Part shown: positions 26,931-37,280 of the stretch, piece after piece | Position numbering within the stretch: position 1 is the stretch's first letter | Layout: each line of letters begins with the position of its first letter | Source of the DNA: an uncultured Phycisphaerales bacterium | GTDB taxonomy: Bacteria > Planctomycetota > Phycisphaerae > Phycisphaerales > UBA1924 | Length of the DNA: 64,000 nt | Direction: 5' to 3' | Assembly: GCA_965371965.1 (NCBI GenBank) | Contig: CBDVAM010000002.1 | Location: 1,617 to 65,616 of the forward strand | Position numbers and translations under genes: made by a program | Notes under the pieces: generated by a model | Told to the model about the DNA's origin: nothing | Databases searched by the model: none | Seen by the model: the letters and a program-made list of their open reading frames with translations, nothing else

Positions 26931-27944
26931 ATGCCGCAAACCGAAACGCTGCTCATCATCGGTGCCGTGGTCTTCGGGCTGATTCTGCTGGTGCTGATCT
27001 TCGTCTTAGGCCAGTTTTTCAAGCTCTGGCTGCAGGCGCTGCTCTCCAAGGCCGCCGTCGGCTTGCCCGAGATGATCGCGATGCGCCTTCGAAACGTCGA
27101 CGTGCGGACGATCGTGCTCAGCCGCATCCGTGCGGTCAAGGCGGGCATTGACATCGACACGAACCAGCTCGAGACGCACTATCTCGCCGGCGGGCGGGTG
27201 CCCAACGTCGTCAGCGCCCTGATCAATGCCCAGAAGGCCCGGATCGACCTGGTCTTTGATACGGCGTGCGCAATTGACCTGGCCGGGCGCGATATTCTCG
27301 ACGCCGTGCAGACCTCGGTGATCCCCAAAGTCATCGATTGCCCGAACCCGACCGGCGGGCGCGCGACGATCGACGCGGTCGCCAAGGACGGCATCCAGCT
27401 CCGGGCGAGGGCCCGGGTGACCGTGCGGACCAACCTGCCCCGCCTGGTCGGCGGCGCGGGAGAGGAGACGATCATCGCGCGTGTCGGCGAGGGCATCGTC
27501 TCGGCGATCGGCTCTGCGGACAGCCACAAGCATGTGCTCGAGAATCCAGATCGCATCTCCAAGGCGGTGATGGCCCGCGGGCTCGACGCCGGAACGGCCT
27601 TTGAGATCCTCTCGATAGATATTGCCGATATTGACGTGGGCGAGAATATCGGTGCCAAGCTCCAGGCCGATCAGGCCGAGGCCGACAAGCACCGCTTCCA
27701 GGCCGAGGCCGAGAAGCGCCGCGCGATGGCCGTCGCCCAGGAGCAGGAGTTCCACGCCGAGGTGGAGAAGAACCGGGCGCTGGTGGTGCTCGCCGAAGCC
27801 GAGGTTCCCAAGGCCATGGCCGAGGCGTTCCGCAGCGGCAACATGGGCATCATGGACTATTACAAGATGAAGAACGTCGTCGCCGACACGTCGATGCGCA
27901 ACGCGATCGGCGGCGAGAGCGATTCCGGCAACAAGCCCTCGTGA
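26931..27944 (+). CDS. floA: flotillin-like protein FloA (SPFH/UPF0365 family)
   Basis: N-terminal hairpin, then [27 protein letters not shown]...[22 protein letters not shown]-rich C-terminal helix. Classic NfeD-FloA operon context. Confidence 0.9.
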   Translation: MPQTETLLIIGAVVFGLILLVLIFVLGQFFKLWLQALLSKAAVGLPEMIAMRLRNVDVRTIVLSRIRAVKAGIDIDTNQLETHYLAGGRVPNVVSALINAQKARIDLVFDTACAIDLAGRDILDAVQTSVIPKVIDCPNPTGGRATIDAVAKDGIQLRARARVTVRTNLPRLVGGAGEETIIARVGEGIVSAIGSADSHKHVLENPDRISKAVMARGLDAGTAFEILSIDIADIDVGENIGAKLQADQAEADKHRFQAEAEKRRAMAVAQEQEFHAEVEKNRALVVLAEAEVPKAMAEAFRSGNMGIMDYYKMKNVVADTSMRNAIGGESDSGNKPS

Positions 27945-27948
27945 CCTA

Positions 27949-28587
27949 TCAGCCTGCGTCGCCGGCCTTTGCGAGCAGCGTCGCCAGGCGTGCGCGCCGG
28001 TAGCTCTCGCTCGAGAACAGCGTCGCCGGCGGACGCTCTGGTTCTCGCCGGTTCTGCACGGTTGACTCGTCTCTTCGACCATCGATCCGGGTGGCACTTA
28101 CTCGGCGCTCGAGGCGAAGATCAATGCCGTTGGAACTCTGAGGGCTCCCGTCGAGTTGCTGCGCGAGGCCGCTGGGATCATCTGCCCCGATGTGAAAGAT
28201 CGTTCCGGCGGGAATCTCGGGGATCAGCCCGTCGGCGCCAACCTGGTACACCGAACGCGGGAAGATCGCACGGATCCCGCCGTCCTGGCGCATGAGCGAT
28301 CCGTCCGGCGTTCGGTAGACCTGCTCGAATCCCACCGGCGAGCGCGGATCGATCTGCACGCTGCGGAGGCTCGCGCCGGCGGGGCCGATGTCCTCGAATC
28401 CCTGGTCGAGCGGCCTCGGCGAGGTCCACGCCTGATCGAAGGATGGGCTCCAGATTATCGGGGGTTGCCAGGGTTGCCACTGCGCCAACCGCCAGTCCTG
28501 GGTCGTCTGTGCCGAGGTCGAGGCGCAGAGCAGGCCAAGGGCACAAAGCTGCCCGGCGGGTCTCGCCATCGATCGCGAACGTCCCAT
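27949..28587 (-). CDS. secreted hypothetical protein
   Basis: The upstream part of the 381-aa ORF overlaps the TonB-like gene. An internal ATG at 28587 gives signal peptide MGRSRSMARPAGQLCALGLLCASTSAQ. Confidence 0.55.
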   Translation of the reverse strand: MGRSRSMARPAGQLCALGLLCASTSAQTTQDWRLAQWQPWQPPIIWSPSFDQAWTSPRPLDQGFEDIGPAGASLRSVQIDPRSPVGFEQVYRTPDGSLMRQDGGIRAIFPRSVYQVGADGLIPEIPAGTIFHIGADDPSGLAQQLDGSPQSSNGIDLRLERRVSATRIDGRRDESTVQNRREPERPPATLFSSESYRRARLATLLAKAGDAG

Positions 28588-28627
28588 CAACTCTCCATCG
28601 GCCTTCCGCCAGCCCGGGTTCGCCCCA

Positions 28628-29587
28628 CTACCGGGGTGGGATGAGTTCAATATACACCGTGATGACCCGATCGCCATCGAGGTTCTCAAGTGGCTTGCCC
28701 GATGCGGTCCAGCGGTACATGGCGTTGAGCCCGGCCTGATCGAGTTCGACGTTGCCGCTGGTGCGGGAGATATGCGCGTTCTTGACCGTGCCCTCCTTCG
28801 AGAACGAGACCTTGTAGACCGTCCGCCGATTGCCCGCAAGCAGGCGGGTCGGGATCGTGAGTTCCGGGGGGACTCGGGTCTGGATCTCCAGGCCCTGGGC
28901 GGCGGCGGGCTTGCCGGGCTGAACCCGCAGTGGCCTGGTCGGCGAGGTCGCCGGCGACTCCTTCTCGCTGGGGGCTCCTTCGCGCCGGGCCTCGCTCGCC
29001 GCTGCCTGCTCGGCGCTGGTCTGGCCCTTGGTGCCCTGGTCGTCAGCAGGCTGGGCGTCGTCCGAGGGCGTGGGCTTGCCCTCGGGTGTTTCAAACTCCA
29101 GTCGTTCGACCATCGCCGGCGGATCGATCGGGCCGATCTCTGCCTCGAAGGCCGGCGCTTTGGATTCGGCGTCGGCGACCGCCCTGGGCGACCTCGCCTG
29201 GGACGAGAGCGATTGCGACGAGGTGCTCGGTTCGATCAGTCCCATCGGGGTAGGGCCGGGAGACTGGGATAGGACCGCAGCCTGGATCGAGAACGACGCA
29301 AGGGCGAACGCCGCCTGCTCGACCTCGCTCTGTATCGCCTCGTGCGGCGTGGGGGCCTGGAACCCCAGCCAGGTCAGGGTCTCCACCGTCGATTCGGAGA
29401 TTCCCAGGCGGATCGTGCTGGCCTGGGGCTTGGGGATGGGCGGACGAGGGCTGCCAGAATCTCGATCCAGCGCTCCCGCGCCGATGGCCAGCACGGTGAC
29501 ATGCACCAAGAGGCTCACCAGCAGCGCAAGGGCGAGACGGATGGAGCCGCGCGTTGGGGAATCGGAGTATTCGGCTGGCCTGGGCAA
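28628..29587 (-). CDS. TonB-like energy-transducer C-terminal domain protein
   Basis: N-terminal TM helix (LALALLVSLLVHVTVLAI), Pro/Ala-rich linker and a TonB_C-like end (RTVYKVSFSKEGTVKNAHISRTSGNVELDQAGLNAMYRWTASG). Confidence 0.7.
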   Translation of the reverse strand: MPRPAEYSDSPTRGSIRLALALLVSLLVHVTVLAIGAGALDRDSGSPRPPIPKPQASTIRLGISESTVETLTWLGFQAPTPHEAIQSEVEQAAFALASFSIQAAVLSQSPGPTPMGLIEPSTSSQSLSSQARSPRAVADAESKAPAFEAEIGPIDPPAMVERLEFETPEGKPTPSDDAQPADDQGTKGQTSAEQAAASEARREGAPSEKESPATSPTRPLRVQPGKPAAAQGLEIQTRVPPELTIPTRLLAGNRRTVYKVSFSKEGTVKNAHISRTSGNVELDQAGLNAMYRWTASGKPLENLDGDRVITVYIELIPPR

Positions 29588-29750
29588 TCTCGCTCCCCGA
29601 GGCTTCGTTGATCAAACCAAGGAACACTTCGGCCCGTCGGGACGTTTAGCTGTCTGAAAAACCGAACGCCCCCATCAGAATAGATTGTTCGCGGGCAAGC
29701 GGCGGATTGCACCTCGACGGATAGAATCTCGAACTTACGGAGTAATACGC

Positions 29751-30884
29751 ATGTTTCAGCAACTCGGTCGATGCCTCGTGTACGGCACGGTCTGCGTCGC
29801 CGCGGCCGCTCATGGCCAGACACTCAAACTCGGTGACACAGCTCCGTCGATTGCAGTCGACGAGTGGATCAAGGGCGGGGATATCACGTCACTGGAACGG
29901 GGAAAGGTCTATGTCATCGAGTTCTGGGCAACCTGGTGCGCCCCGTGCATCACGAGTATCCCGCACCTGTCGGAGTTGCAGAAGAAGTACGCCGACCAGG
30001 ATGTCCACATCATCGGCACGACCAAGTTCGATCCGAACAATACCAAGCAGGGCGTCATTTCCTTTGTCGAAGACCAAGGGGACAAGATGGCCTACAACGT
30101 CGCCTGGGATGGCGACGGATCGATCTATCGGAGCTACATGGAGAACGCCCAGCAGGCCGGCATCCCGACCGCGTTCGTCGTTGACCGCGATGGCAAACTC
30201 GCGTGGCTCGGCCATCCGATGGCGATGGACCGCCCGCTGGCGATGATCGCCGGCGGGAAATGGGACATTGAGAAATACCAGAAGGGCTCGGCGATCCACG
30301 ATCGCGCCCAGCAGAGCTTCCAGAACGGCGACTTCGACGCCACCATAGACGCGGCCGACGAGCTCCTTGCAGACTACCCCAAGCTGTTCGGCGGCGACGC
30401 GCAGTATCTCAAGGTCATGATCGACCGGTACAAGGGCGAGGGCGAGCGTGTGATCGACGGGCTCGACGTGCTCATCAACGACTACCCGGATTATCTGGGC
30501 GACAACGGGCCGTTCTTCAAGTTCTCCTCGATGATCGAGTACGGCATGAGCGAGCGGGCGATGAAGCTCGGGCGCGAGCTGGTCGATGGGCGGTTCAAGG
30601 ACGATCCGGATCGGTTGGCGCAGATGGCCTGGGCCATCGCGACGACCGAGGTCGATGGGCTGGATCTGAACCTTGCGTTGCGGGCGGGCACGCGTGCCAA
30701 CGAGCTGCGCAAGGGCGAGCACGCCGACACGCTGGACACCCTCGCACGCGTTCACTTCCAGCGGGGCGATGTGGACAAGGCGATCGAGTTGCAGGCCCGG
30801 GCGGTTGAGTTGGAGACCGATCCGCAGCGCCTGCCGCACTTCAAGCGCACGCTGGGCGAGTACCGGTCGGCCAAGGACGACTGA
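29751..30884 (+). CDS. TlpA/redoxin-family thioredoxin-like protein with C-terminal TPR-like helical domain
   Basis: Signal peptide. VYVIEFWATWCAPCITSIPHL contains a WCxxC active site. GGAG lies 8 nt upstream of the ATG at 29751. Confidence 0.8.
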   Translation: MFQQLGRCLVYGTVCVAAAAHGQTLKLGDTAPSIAVDEWIKGGDITSLERGKVYVIEFWATWCAPCITSIPHLSELQKKYADQDVHIIGTTKFDPNNTKQGVISFVEDQGDKMAYNVAWDGDGSIYRSYMENAQQAGIPTAFVVDRDGKLAWLGHPMAMDRPLAMIAGGKWDIEKYQKGSAIHDRAQQSFQNGDFDATIDAADELLADYPKLFGGDAQYLKVMIDRYKGEGERVIDGLDVLINDYPDYLGDNGPFFKFSSMIEYGMSERAMKLGRELVDGRFKDDPDRLAQMAWAIATTEVDGLDLNLALRAGTRANELRKGEHADTLDTLARVHFQRGDVDKAIELQARAVELETDPQRLPHFKRTLGEYRSAKDD

Positions 30885-30913
30885 CCCTCCCATCGAGTTG
30901 GTTCGATCAGAAG

Positions 30914-30948
30914 ACGCCCCGTCGATGCTCCTTCGGCGGGGCGTTTTT
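30914..30948 (+). terminator. Rho-independent terminator
   Basis: ACGCCCCG (30914-30921) pairs with CGGGGCGT (30937-30944), followed by a TTTTT(G)TT run. Lies 30 nt after the stop at 30884. Confidence 0.75.
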
Positions 30949-30971
30949 GTTGCCTGGATCTTGCCGGCGAA

Positions 30972-31982
30972 TCAGCCCCCGGCGTCGTTGCTCGGAGCGT
31001 CGCTAACGGCGTCGCCTTCGCCCTTGCTGAGAGGACCGGGTCCGGTGCCGAAGGGCGGCGCATCGACGAGGCGTGCCTGCTTGATCGCCGGCGGATCGAA
31101 CGGACGATCGCCCTTGGCCTTGTCGACCGGGACCGACTGGATCGCGCGGATGGCCTCGGCCCCGCGCACGGCCTCGGCGAACGCCGTGTAGTTGCCGTCG
31201 AGGAAGCTGGTGCCCTGCCTGCTGAGGCAGACAAACACCTGTGAGCCGTTGCTGTTTGGGTCGCCGCTGCGGGCCATGGAGAGCACGCCGAAGTCGTGCT
31301 CCAAGGCTGTCTGTTCGAGGTCGATGAAGTAGCCCGGCCCGCCGGAGCCCGTGCCCGTGGGATCCCCGACCTGGATGACGAAGGGAGCTCCGTTGGCCTT
31401 GGCCACGACGCGATGGAAGATGACATCGGTGTAGAAGCCGCCGCCGGCCAGGTCCATGAAGTTCCGCACGGTGTTGGGCGCGTGGTCCGGTCTCATGCGA
31501 AACTCGATCTCGCCCTTTGTGGTTTCCAGGACGACGTGCTGATCGACCCACGCACGCGTGCCCGAGTAGGTGTTGCCCGTGGCGCGAGGGACGGGACCGC
31601 GGATGCCCGGCTCCATGACAAAGTTGACCGGCGAGACCATCGGCTGGAGCACCACGGGCGCTCCCAAACCCTCGCCATCAACCGTGAGCTGGGCGTAGTG
31701 GACATGGCGGTGTTCCCTGCCTGATATCTGCGGAAACAACGCCCCGAGATCGACCCGTCCAGAGGCGACGTCGACGCTGGCCAGCGCTTCACCGTCGGGG
31801 TGGAACAGCGTGATGCTCACGCCCTCGGCGTCAGCAGGAACCTCGACCGAGAATGGGATCGGGCGATCCACGCCGTAGTAGGTTCGCTCGGGAGTGAGCT
31901 GCGCATCGGCGACGCCGACGACGAGGACACAGGCTGCGAGGGCTCCGAGGCGATGCCCCACGGTGTATTGGTGGATTCTCAT
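30972..31982 (-). CDS. secreted cyclophilin-type peptidyl-prolyl cis-trans isomerase with N-terminal extra domain
   Basis: FHRVV...FVIQVGDPTGTGSGGPGY...GVLSMARSGDPNSNGSQVFV cyclophilin core. N-terminal signal peptide. Confidence 0.9.
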   Translation of the reverse strand: MRIHQYTVGHRLGALAACVLVVGVADAQLTPERTYYGVDRPIPFSVEVPADAEGVSITLFHPDGEALASVDVASGRVDLGALFPQISGREHRHVHYAQLTVDGEGLGAPVVLQPMVSPVNFVMEPGIRGPVPRATGNTYSGTRAWVDQHVVLETTKGEIEFRMRPDHAPNTVRNFMDLAGGGFYTDVIFHRVVAKANGAPFVIQVGDPTGTGSGGPGYFIDLEQTALEHDFGVLSMARSGDPNSNGSQVFVCLSRQGTSFLDGNYTAFAEAVRGAEAIRAIQSVPVDKAKGDRPFDPPAIKQARLVDAPPFGTGPGPLSKGEGDAVSDAPSNDAGG

Positions 31983-32118
31983 GGGGCCACTGTATCATCG
32001 AAATCGGCGGTTGGGTCTACGCCGGGGGCTGGAGCGTAACGAGTCGACTCCCTGATTCAGCGCAGAGCACACCCACCGCGCCCCCGAGATGGTCCCGAGT
32101 CCCGGCGTGTGTCAGGAA

Positions 32119-32937
32119 TCAGTAGTCGATCTGGCCGCTGCCACCATCATCGAGGATGTTCCAGGGGTCGGCCTCGCCGAAGTCTGTCGTCCCGTCCTCA
32201 ATCTGTGATAGCGCCGCAAGCAACTCTCCGGACCGATCGAGATACCACGTGACGCCGTAGTCCGCCCGCAGGAGGTTCGTGCCCTTGGTGTGATTGAAGT
32301 CGGTCTTTGACTCGAGGCCATCGGCGATCAACGCCGCACTGCTGGGACGAATCGCCGTGAGATGGCGTGCGCCATTGGGTCCTTGCCCGCGATAGTGGTA
32401 GTTGCCGATGACCCGCGGAGCCGGGGCCCGGCGAGGCTCGATCTGGAACTCGCCGGCGTAACGCTCGTAGGGGTTCTCTCCACGGTGTGACGGGCAGTAG
32501 AAGATCTTGGGAGCGTTGAGGTAGTCGAGTCCGACGAGGACGCCGAGCCCATCCCAATCGCCCGCAACGAGCACGCGGTTTCGGTCGGGGTTGCCGCGTT
32601 GGCCCTGACCCAGGCCACCCTCTTTCTCGACAGGGCTCAGTCGCAACGTCGTCATCTTTGCCGGGTCTGCGAACTCGCCGCGAAGGAACACGCTGCCCGG
32701 CATCGCGTCCTGACGATCTGTCGCGTAGAACGTGATGCCCATGCCGTGGTTTCTGATGTTCGAGGCGCAGTTGACCCGGCGTGCGGTCTCCTGCATCTGC
32801 GAGAGCGTCGGCAGCATGATGGACATCAGCAACGCAATCACCGCCATCGACACCAGAATATCCAGGAGCGAGAACCCCCTGCCCGCGGCCCTCAGGCAAC
32901 GACCTGACGGCAAGCTGTGACTGGCGTCAGCGACCAT
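32119..32937 (-). CDS. prepilin-type N-terminal domain protein, DUF1559-like (Asp instead of Glu at +5)
   Basis: GRGFSLLDILVSMAVIALLMSIMLPTL followed by RRVNCASNIRNHGMG. C-terminal HTKGTNLLRADYG, a near H-X9-D(G) motif. Start taken at ATG 32937. Confidence 0.7.
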   Translation of the reverse strand: MVADASHSLPSGRCLRAAGRGFSLLDILVSMAVIALLMSIMLPTLSQMQETARRVNCASNIRNHGMGITFYATDRQDAMPGSVFLRGEFADPAKMTTLRLSPVEKEGGLGQGQRGNPDRNRVLVAGDWDGLGVLVGLDYLNAPKIFYCPSHRGENPYERYAGEFQIEPRRAPAPRVIGNYHYRGQGPNGARHLTAIRPSSAALIADGLESKTDFNHTKGTNLLRADYGVTWYLDRSGELLAALSQIEDGTTDFGEADPWNILDDGGSGQIDY

Positions 32938-33214
32938 GAATCCTGTCTCCGGCTCGGGCACAATCTTCCGAGGCGTGCCCGAAGCGTCAATCCAGGGTAC
33001 ATAAATCGGACCTCGAACGCAAGTGGGATATTCCGCGATTCCAAGAATGGTATTATCGGACGATAACGTTCGGTCAGTTCGTGTGTTGAAATCTGAACTT
33101 GTCCGAATCCCGGGGCAGGGTCTCTGCGTATCAGGTTCTTGTACAGGGTGCTCGCACCGGGGAGAAAGGAACTTTGACACGGGCCACTCGGCCCAGCCCA
33201 AGTCGAGGCGATAC

Positions 33215-33787
33215 ATGGCTGTTGACAAGCCCACTCAGGGACGGATAGACCTCGATCTCATGACCCGCATCGCGTCGGGAGAGGAGAAGGCTGTAGAGGA
33301 TTTATACGACCGCTTTGGATCCCTGGTGTATCGACTTGCGTATCAGTCGATGCCGACGAGGGCAGAGGCGGAGGATGCTGTTCAGGAAGTGTTCGTGCGT
33401 TTGTGGAAGACCGCGGATCGGTTTGATCCCAAGAGGGCGGCACTGGTAACCTGGGTCATGCTGATCACCAGACGACACCTTGTGGACAAGCTTCGGCGGA
33501 CCCGGGCGCGGGTGAAGGCATCGACACTGGATGAGGCGCCACAGCCCGGAGTTGGTGCCGACGAGAGCGAACGATACGAGCAGGACGAGCGGTTCGAGGC
33601 GCTCATGGAGCGGGTGAACACGCTTCCAGAACTGCAACGGACGGTGATAGTGCGGGCCTATCTCGGTGGGCAGACACTTCGGCAGATTGGTGAGGAGTTG
33701 GACACCCCATTGGGTACGATCAAATCCGCGTTGAGCCGGGCACTGGTCCGCCTTCGCGAGCGAGTGGGTGAGGAGTTTGTGGTATGA
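33215..33787 (+). CDS. ECF-type RNA polymerase sigma factor
   Basis: Region 2 (AEDAVQEVFVRLWKTADRFDPKRAALVTWVMLITRRHLVDKLRR). Region 4 (LPELQRTVIVRAYLGGQTLRQIGEELDTPLGTIKSALSRAL). Confidence 0.9.
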   Translation: MAVDKPTQGRIDLDLMTRIASGEEKAVEDLYDRFGSLVYRLAYQSMPTRAEAEDAVQEVFVRLWKTADRFDPKRAALVTWVMLITRRHLVDKLRRTRARVKASTLDEAPQPGVGADESERYEQDERFEALMERVNTLPELQRTVIVRAYLGGQTLRQIGEELDTPLGTIKSALSRALVRLRERVGEEFVV

Positions 33788-34599
33788 CGATTCAAGAGAT
33801 GATTGAGAACGCGGTCTTGGACGCCGTCGGCTTGCTCGACGACGACGAGCAGGTGGAGTTTGAGCGAGCGTTCGACTCGGCGTCGCCGAAGATCCAGGCG
33901 ATGGTGCGCGCAGAACAGACGCGATTGTCGAATATCAGCGGGCTGCTTCCGTGCGTCGAGCCGCCGGTCTCGCTGAAGGCCGAGGTCATCGGTCGCGTGC
34001 GTGAGGCGATCGCGGCGGCGTATCTGGCCCAGGAGACCACGCTCGCCAAGCGTCCCCTGCTGGAACTGATTCCGAGCAGGAAGGTCTCGCCGATCTGGCG
34101 TGCGGCTGCGATCGGGTCGCTGGCGGCGGCGGTCGTGTTCGGCGTCAGCGTCACCCGAATGACCGACGAGTACGACAGGCTGCGCGACGCGATCGGCAAG
34201 GACCAGCTCCTCGAGCAGATCACCCAGCAGTTCGGGTCGCGCTATGTCGAAGACATGATCTACGATCCCGACGTGGTGCGGGTGGTGTTTGGGTCCGCTT
34301 CTACGGACTTTGTCGGCAAGGCCGCGGTGTTCTTCAGCGATTCATGGGACGAACAGTCCCGGTTCTTTTCGACGAAGCTCTCGTCGAAGGACGGCCAGCG
34401 TTTTCGCCTTGTGGTCGTCGACCAGAACGACTCTGTGGTCAAGGAGTTGGCCTCTTTCGAGGCTTCGGGCGGGCTCGTGGACGCGGAGATGATCGACTTT
34501 GATCCTCGCGACCTCTCTCGCGATAATGTGCGCCTGGCGGTCTTTGCTGAGGGCGGCGAAGACGGTGAGGACAAGCTGCTGCTCCGCTCGATCGTCTGA
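33784..34599 (+). CDS. putative anti-sigma factor
   Basis: ATGA overlap with the sigma gene. N-terminal anti-sigma-like helix region, one TM helix (AAAIGSLAAAVVFGVSV) and an extracytoplasmic domain. Confidence 0.6.
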   Translation: MTIQEMIENAVLDAVGLLDDDEQVEFERAFDSASPKIQAMVRAEQTRLSNISGLLPCVEPPVSLKAEVIGRVREAIAAAYLAQETTLAKRPLLELIPSRKVSPIWRAAAIGSLAAAVVFGVSVTRMTDEYDRLRDAIGKDQLLEQITQQFGSRYVEDMIYDPDVVRVVFGSASTDFVGKAAVFFSDSWDEQSRFFSTKLSSKDGQRFRLVVVDQNDSVVKELASFEASGGLVDAEMIDFDPRDLSRDNVRLAVFAEGGEDGEDKLLLRSIV

Positions 34600-34685
34600 G
34601 CAGCGGGACATATCGACTTTCGCCGACCGGCTCGTTGCATAGAGACGCATGTGTGTGTCCCGCGTGGTTGGTGACGGCGTTGTGG

Positions 34686-37049
34686 TCAACTCGCCTGCGA
34701 GGGGGCGATCCACCGCGTGTCGTCGAGCACGAGGTCGAGCCCCGCCGCCTGCTCGAAGTCAGACTTCACCTTCGCGAGCTTTCGGTAGAGCACGAGCATC
34801 AGCAGGACGCAGAACAGTGCGCCGAGTGCGACGCCGACAGCGGCGTAATACAGATGCTGTGACTCGATGGGCTCGCCGACTTCGACCGGCCCGGCGAGTT
34901 GGGCCGCGGCACTCGAGATTTGTGTGCCCCCGCTGCGATTCGCGGCGCTGACGACCGCTCTTGAATAGGTGTCCAGTACGCGTTCGGTCTCTCGCTTGCC
35001 GTCGCCTCGCAGCTCGAGCGTGATCTGATCGGCGCTGGTATCAAGAACCGCCAGGTCCTTCTCCAGTCGCAACGCGAGCGAGATCGGGTCGGACAGATCC
35101 TCGATGCCGCGATCGCCCATGCGGTTGGCGGCGCTGCTGATCACGCCCGGATCCAGGAGGATCTGCTGCGTGGCTTCTTTCCATACCCGCATCTGCTCAT
35201 CGGTCAGCGTTCGCCCGCTGACATGCGGCTCGATGCCGACGACCGCCGCGAACCGGGCGGGCGCGATCGAGCCGGCGCTGATCCACGCGAAGGACCCGAC
35301 GATCGCCAGGCTCAAGACCATGCAGATGAGGCCGATGCCGGCCTTTGCGCCGGCCTGGCGCTGGTGGAGCCTCTTGTCCATCGCCCGCAGCCGATGGGTG
35401 GCCTGGACGACCTCGCCGCGCTGCTTGATGAGCGCCTCGGCTTCTTCCATGCGCCGAATGAGTGCGCCGCTTGCGGTCTTGAACTTCCTGGCCCGATCCT
35501 TGAGCATCCGCTTGGCGATGCGCAGGCGGTCTCGGCGCGTCTCGGTAAAGTCATCGGAGCGGGCGATCGTGACGATCTCGGGCTCTGGCGAGGCGTTCGA
35601 ATCTTCGCGGGCCTGCTCCAACTCGCGGCGAGTCTGTTCGAGTTCCGACCGCAGGTCCTCGACCTCCGGCGGCCCTTGCTCAGACTCAAGGCGCAGGCGC
35701 TGGTTTTCCTTGGCGAAGTTCTCCAGGTCGGCCTGGGTCCGATCGCGCTGTTCGACGAGTTCCTTGATCCGCTCGGCGACCTCTTCGTCGATGCCGCCCT
35801 CGCCCTGAGCCGCGTCCAGACGCTGCTCGAAGTCGTTCGCCTTGGCCTCGGCGACCCGCTCGCGAGCCACGGACTGCGCGAGGGCCTCTTCGAGCATGCC
35901 GCACTGGCTCTGCTGGCGAGTGATCTGCTCGCGCGACTCGCCCAGCTCTCTCTCCATACTCTCGGTGGCGGACTGGGCCTCGCCCAGGCCATCGCGAGCG
36001 ACCTTGTATTCACCGGCCACGGTCCGCAGCTCTTCGGTGCGGGTCTGGAGTTCGATCATCGCGTCATCGAGCTTGGCCTTTGCGGTGTCGATCTCGGCGC
36101 GGAGCGACTGACGCTCCTTTTCGATCAACTCTTGAGCCTCTGACGCGGCTCCATCCAGGCGCTGGCGGGCCTCCTGGATTTCGACCTTCAGGGCCTCGAT
36201 CTGATCGGATCCCTCGCGGTTGGCCGTGACCAGCGCCTCGCGGGTGCCGTCCAGCTCGACTCGCAGCTGATCGGCCTGCTCGCCGGCGGCGGCCTCGGCC
36301 TGTTCCAGGCGAGACTGCAACTGGGAGAGCGTGTTCTGGAGATCGGCCTGAGAGGCTTGGGCCTGTTTGAGCTCGCCCTGACGCGCGCCTAGAGCCTCCT
36401 CGCGAGAGTGGATGTCGGACTCAAGAGTCTGGATCCGGTGTTCGAGCTTCTGAATCCTGCTCTGGGCGTCGTCGCGAGCGCCGTCGCGGTCGTTGCGTGC
36501 GGACTTGGATTCCCGCTTGAGATTCTCGCGTTCCTTGTGGAGCACGTCGATCTGGTCGCGCAGCGACTGGCCCTCGGCACGCCAGGATTCCTCGCGCGCC
36601 TCGCGGTCTTGCTGGCGCTGGGCCGCGAGGTCGTGGGCGGTCCGCAGGTCCTCGCGAGCCCCGGCGTGCTCCTCGGTGAGGCGCTGGAACTTGGAGCGGG
36701 CGTCCTTGAGGTCGTGCTCGAGGTCGGCGGCGCGGGTCTGGGCCGCGGAGTGCTCGCGCTCGCGGTTGGAAGCATCGCGTTCCAGTTGGGCGACCTTCTG
36801 GCGGGCCTCATCGAGTTCGTGCTGGCGGTCCTTGAGCGTGGCGGCACGCGACTCGAACTCGCGTTCCTTCTCGCTGATCGAGTCCGCGAGTTCCTTGAGG
36901 CGGGCCGACTCACGCCGACGGGCCTCGTGGGCCTCCTTGAGCGTCTTGAGCTGGCTCTCGACGTCGGCGAGGAGCGCGACGACATCTTCGCGGGACTTGG
37001 GTGCCGCGGACGAGCCAACGCTTCCTTGGGGCGGGTTGCCTGATCCCAT
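34686..37049 (-). CDS. large coiled-coil protein (~560 aa of heptads) with C-terminal TM / Wzz-like loop / TM
   Basis: E/R/A/Q/L-rich heptad sequence throughout the N-terminal two thirds. TM helix GIGLICMVLSLAIVGSFAWI, a ~190-aa loop, then TM helix YYAAVGVALGALFCVLLMLVLY. Start taken at ATG 37049. Confidence 0.7.
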   Translation of the reverse strand: MGSGNPPQGSVGSSAAPKSREDVVALLADVESQLKTLKEAHEARRRESARLKELADSISEKEREFESRAATLKDRQHELDEARQKVAQLERDASNREREHSAAQTRAADLEHDLKDARSKFQRLTEEHAGAREDLRTAHDLAAQRQQDREAREESWRAEGQSLRDQIDVLHKERENLKRESKSARNDRDGARDDAQSRIQKLEHRIQTLESDIHSREEALGARQGELKQAQASQADLQNTLSQLQSRLEQAEAAAGEQADQLRVELDGTREALVTANREGSDQIEALKVEIQEARQRLDGAASEAQELIEKERQSLRAEIDTAKAKLDDAMIELQTRTEELRTVAGEYKVARDGLGEAQSATESMERELGESREQITRQQSQCGMLEEALAQSVARERVAEAKANDFEQRLDAAQGEGGIDEEVAERIKELVEQRDRTQADLENFAKENQRLRLESEQGPPEVEDLRSELEQTRRELEQAREDSNASPEPEIVTIARSDDFTETRRDRLRIAKRMLKDRARKFKTASGALIRRMEEAEALIKQRGEVVQATHRLRAMDKRLHQRQAGAKAGIGLICMVLSLAIVGSFAWISAGSIAPARFAAVVGIEPHVSGRTLTDEQMRVWKEATQQILLDPGVISSAANRMGDRGIEDLSDPISLALRLEKDLAVLDTSADQITLELRGDGKRETERVLDTYSRAVVSAANRSGGTQISSAAAQLAGPVEVGEPIESQHLYYAAVGVALGALFCVLLMLVLYRKLAKVKSDFEQAAGLDLVLDDTRWIAPSQAS

Positions 37050-37280
37050 CTGCGAGGCCACTCCGATCGCCCGGGGCAAATGGCCCGGTCCCGCGGATAT
37101 CGGCAGGACCCCAGGGCGTCTGAACCGATGCGGACGCTTGCCCTGCTTTGCTCGCCCGCACATCCGGTCGCCGGCAACCTTCTGGGACCCTTAGGGGAAT
37201 ACTGGTACGCGTGGGCGGGTTGCTGTACGCTGACAGACAACCAGACGCGGGGCTCAGAGCCCCATATTCAGGAGTCTTCC

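Noticed and set aside
32938-33214. ECF-type autoregulatory promoter (GGAAC ... CGT) upstream of the sigma-factor gene
   Set aside because: GGAAC and GAAC words are present at about 33163 and 33096. However, no -10-like GTC/CGT element lies at the required 16-18 nt spacing, so the call is not supportable.
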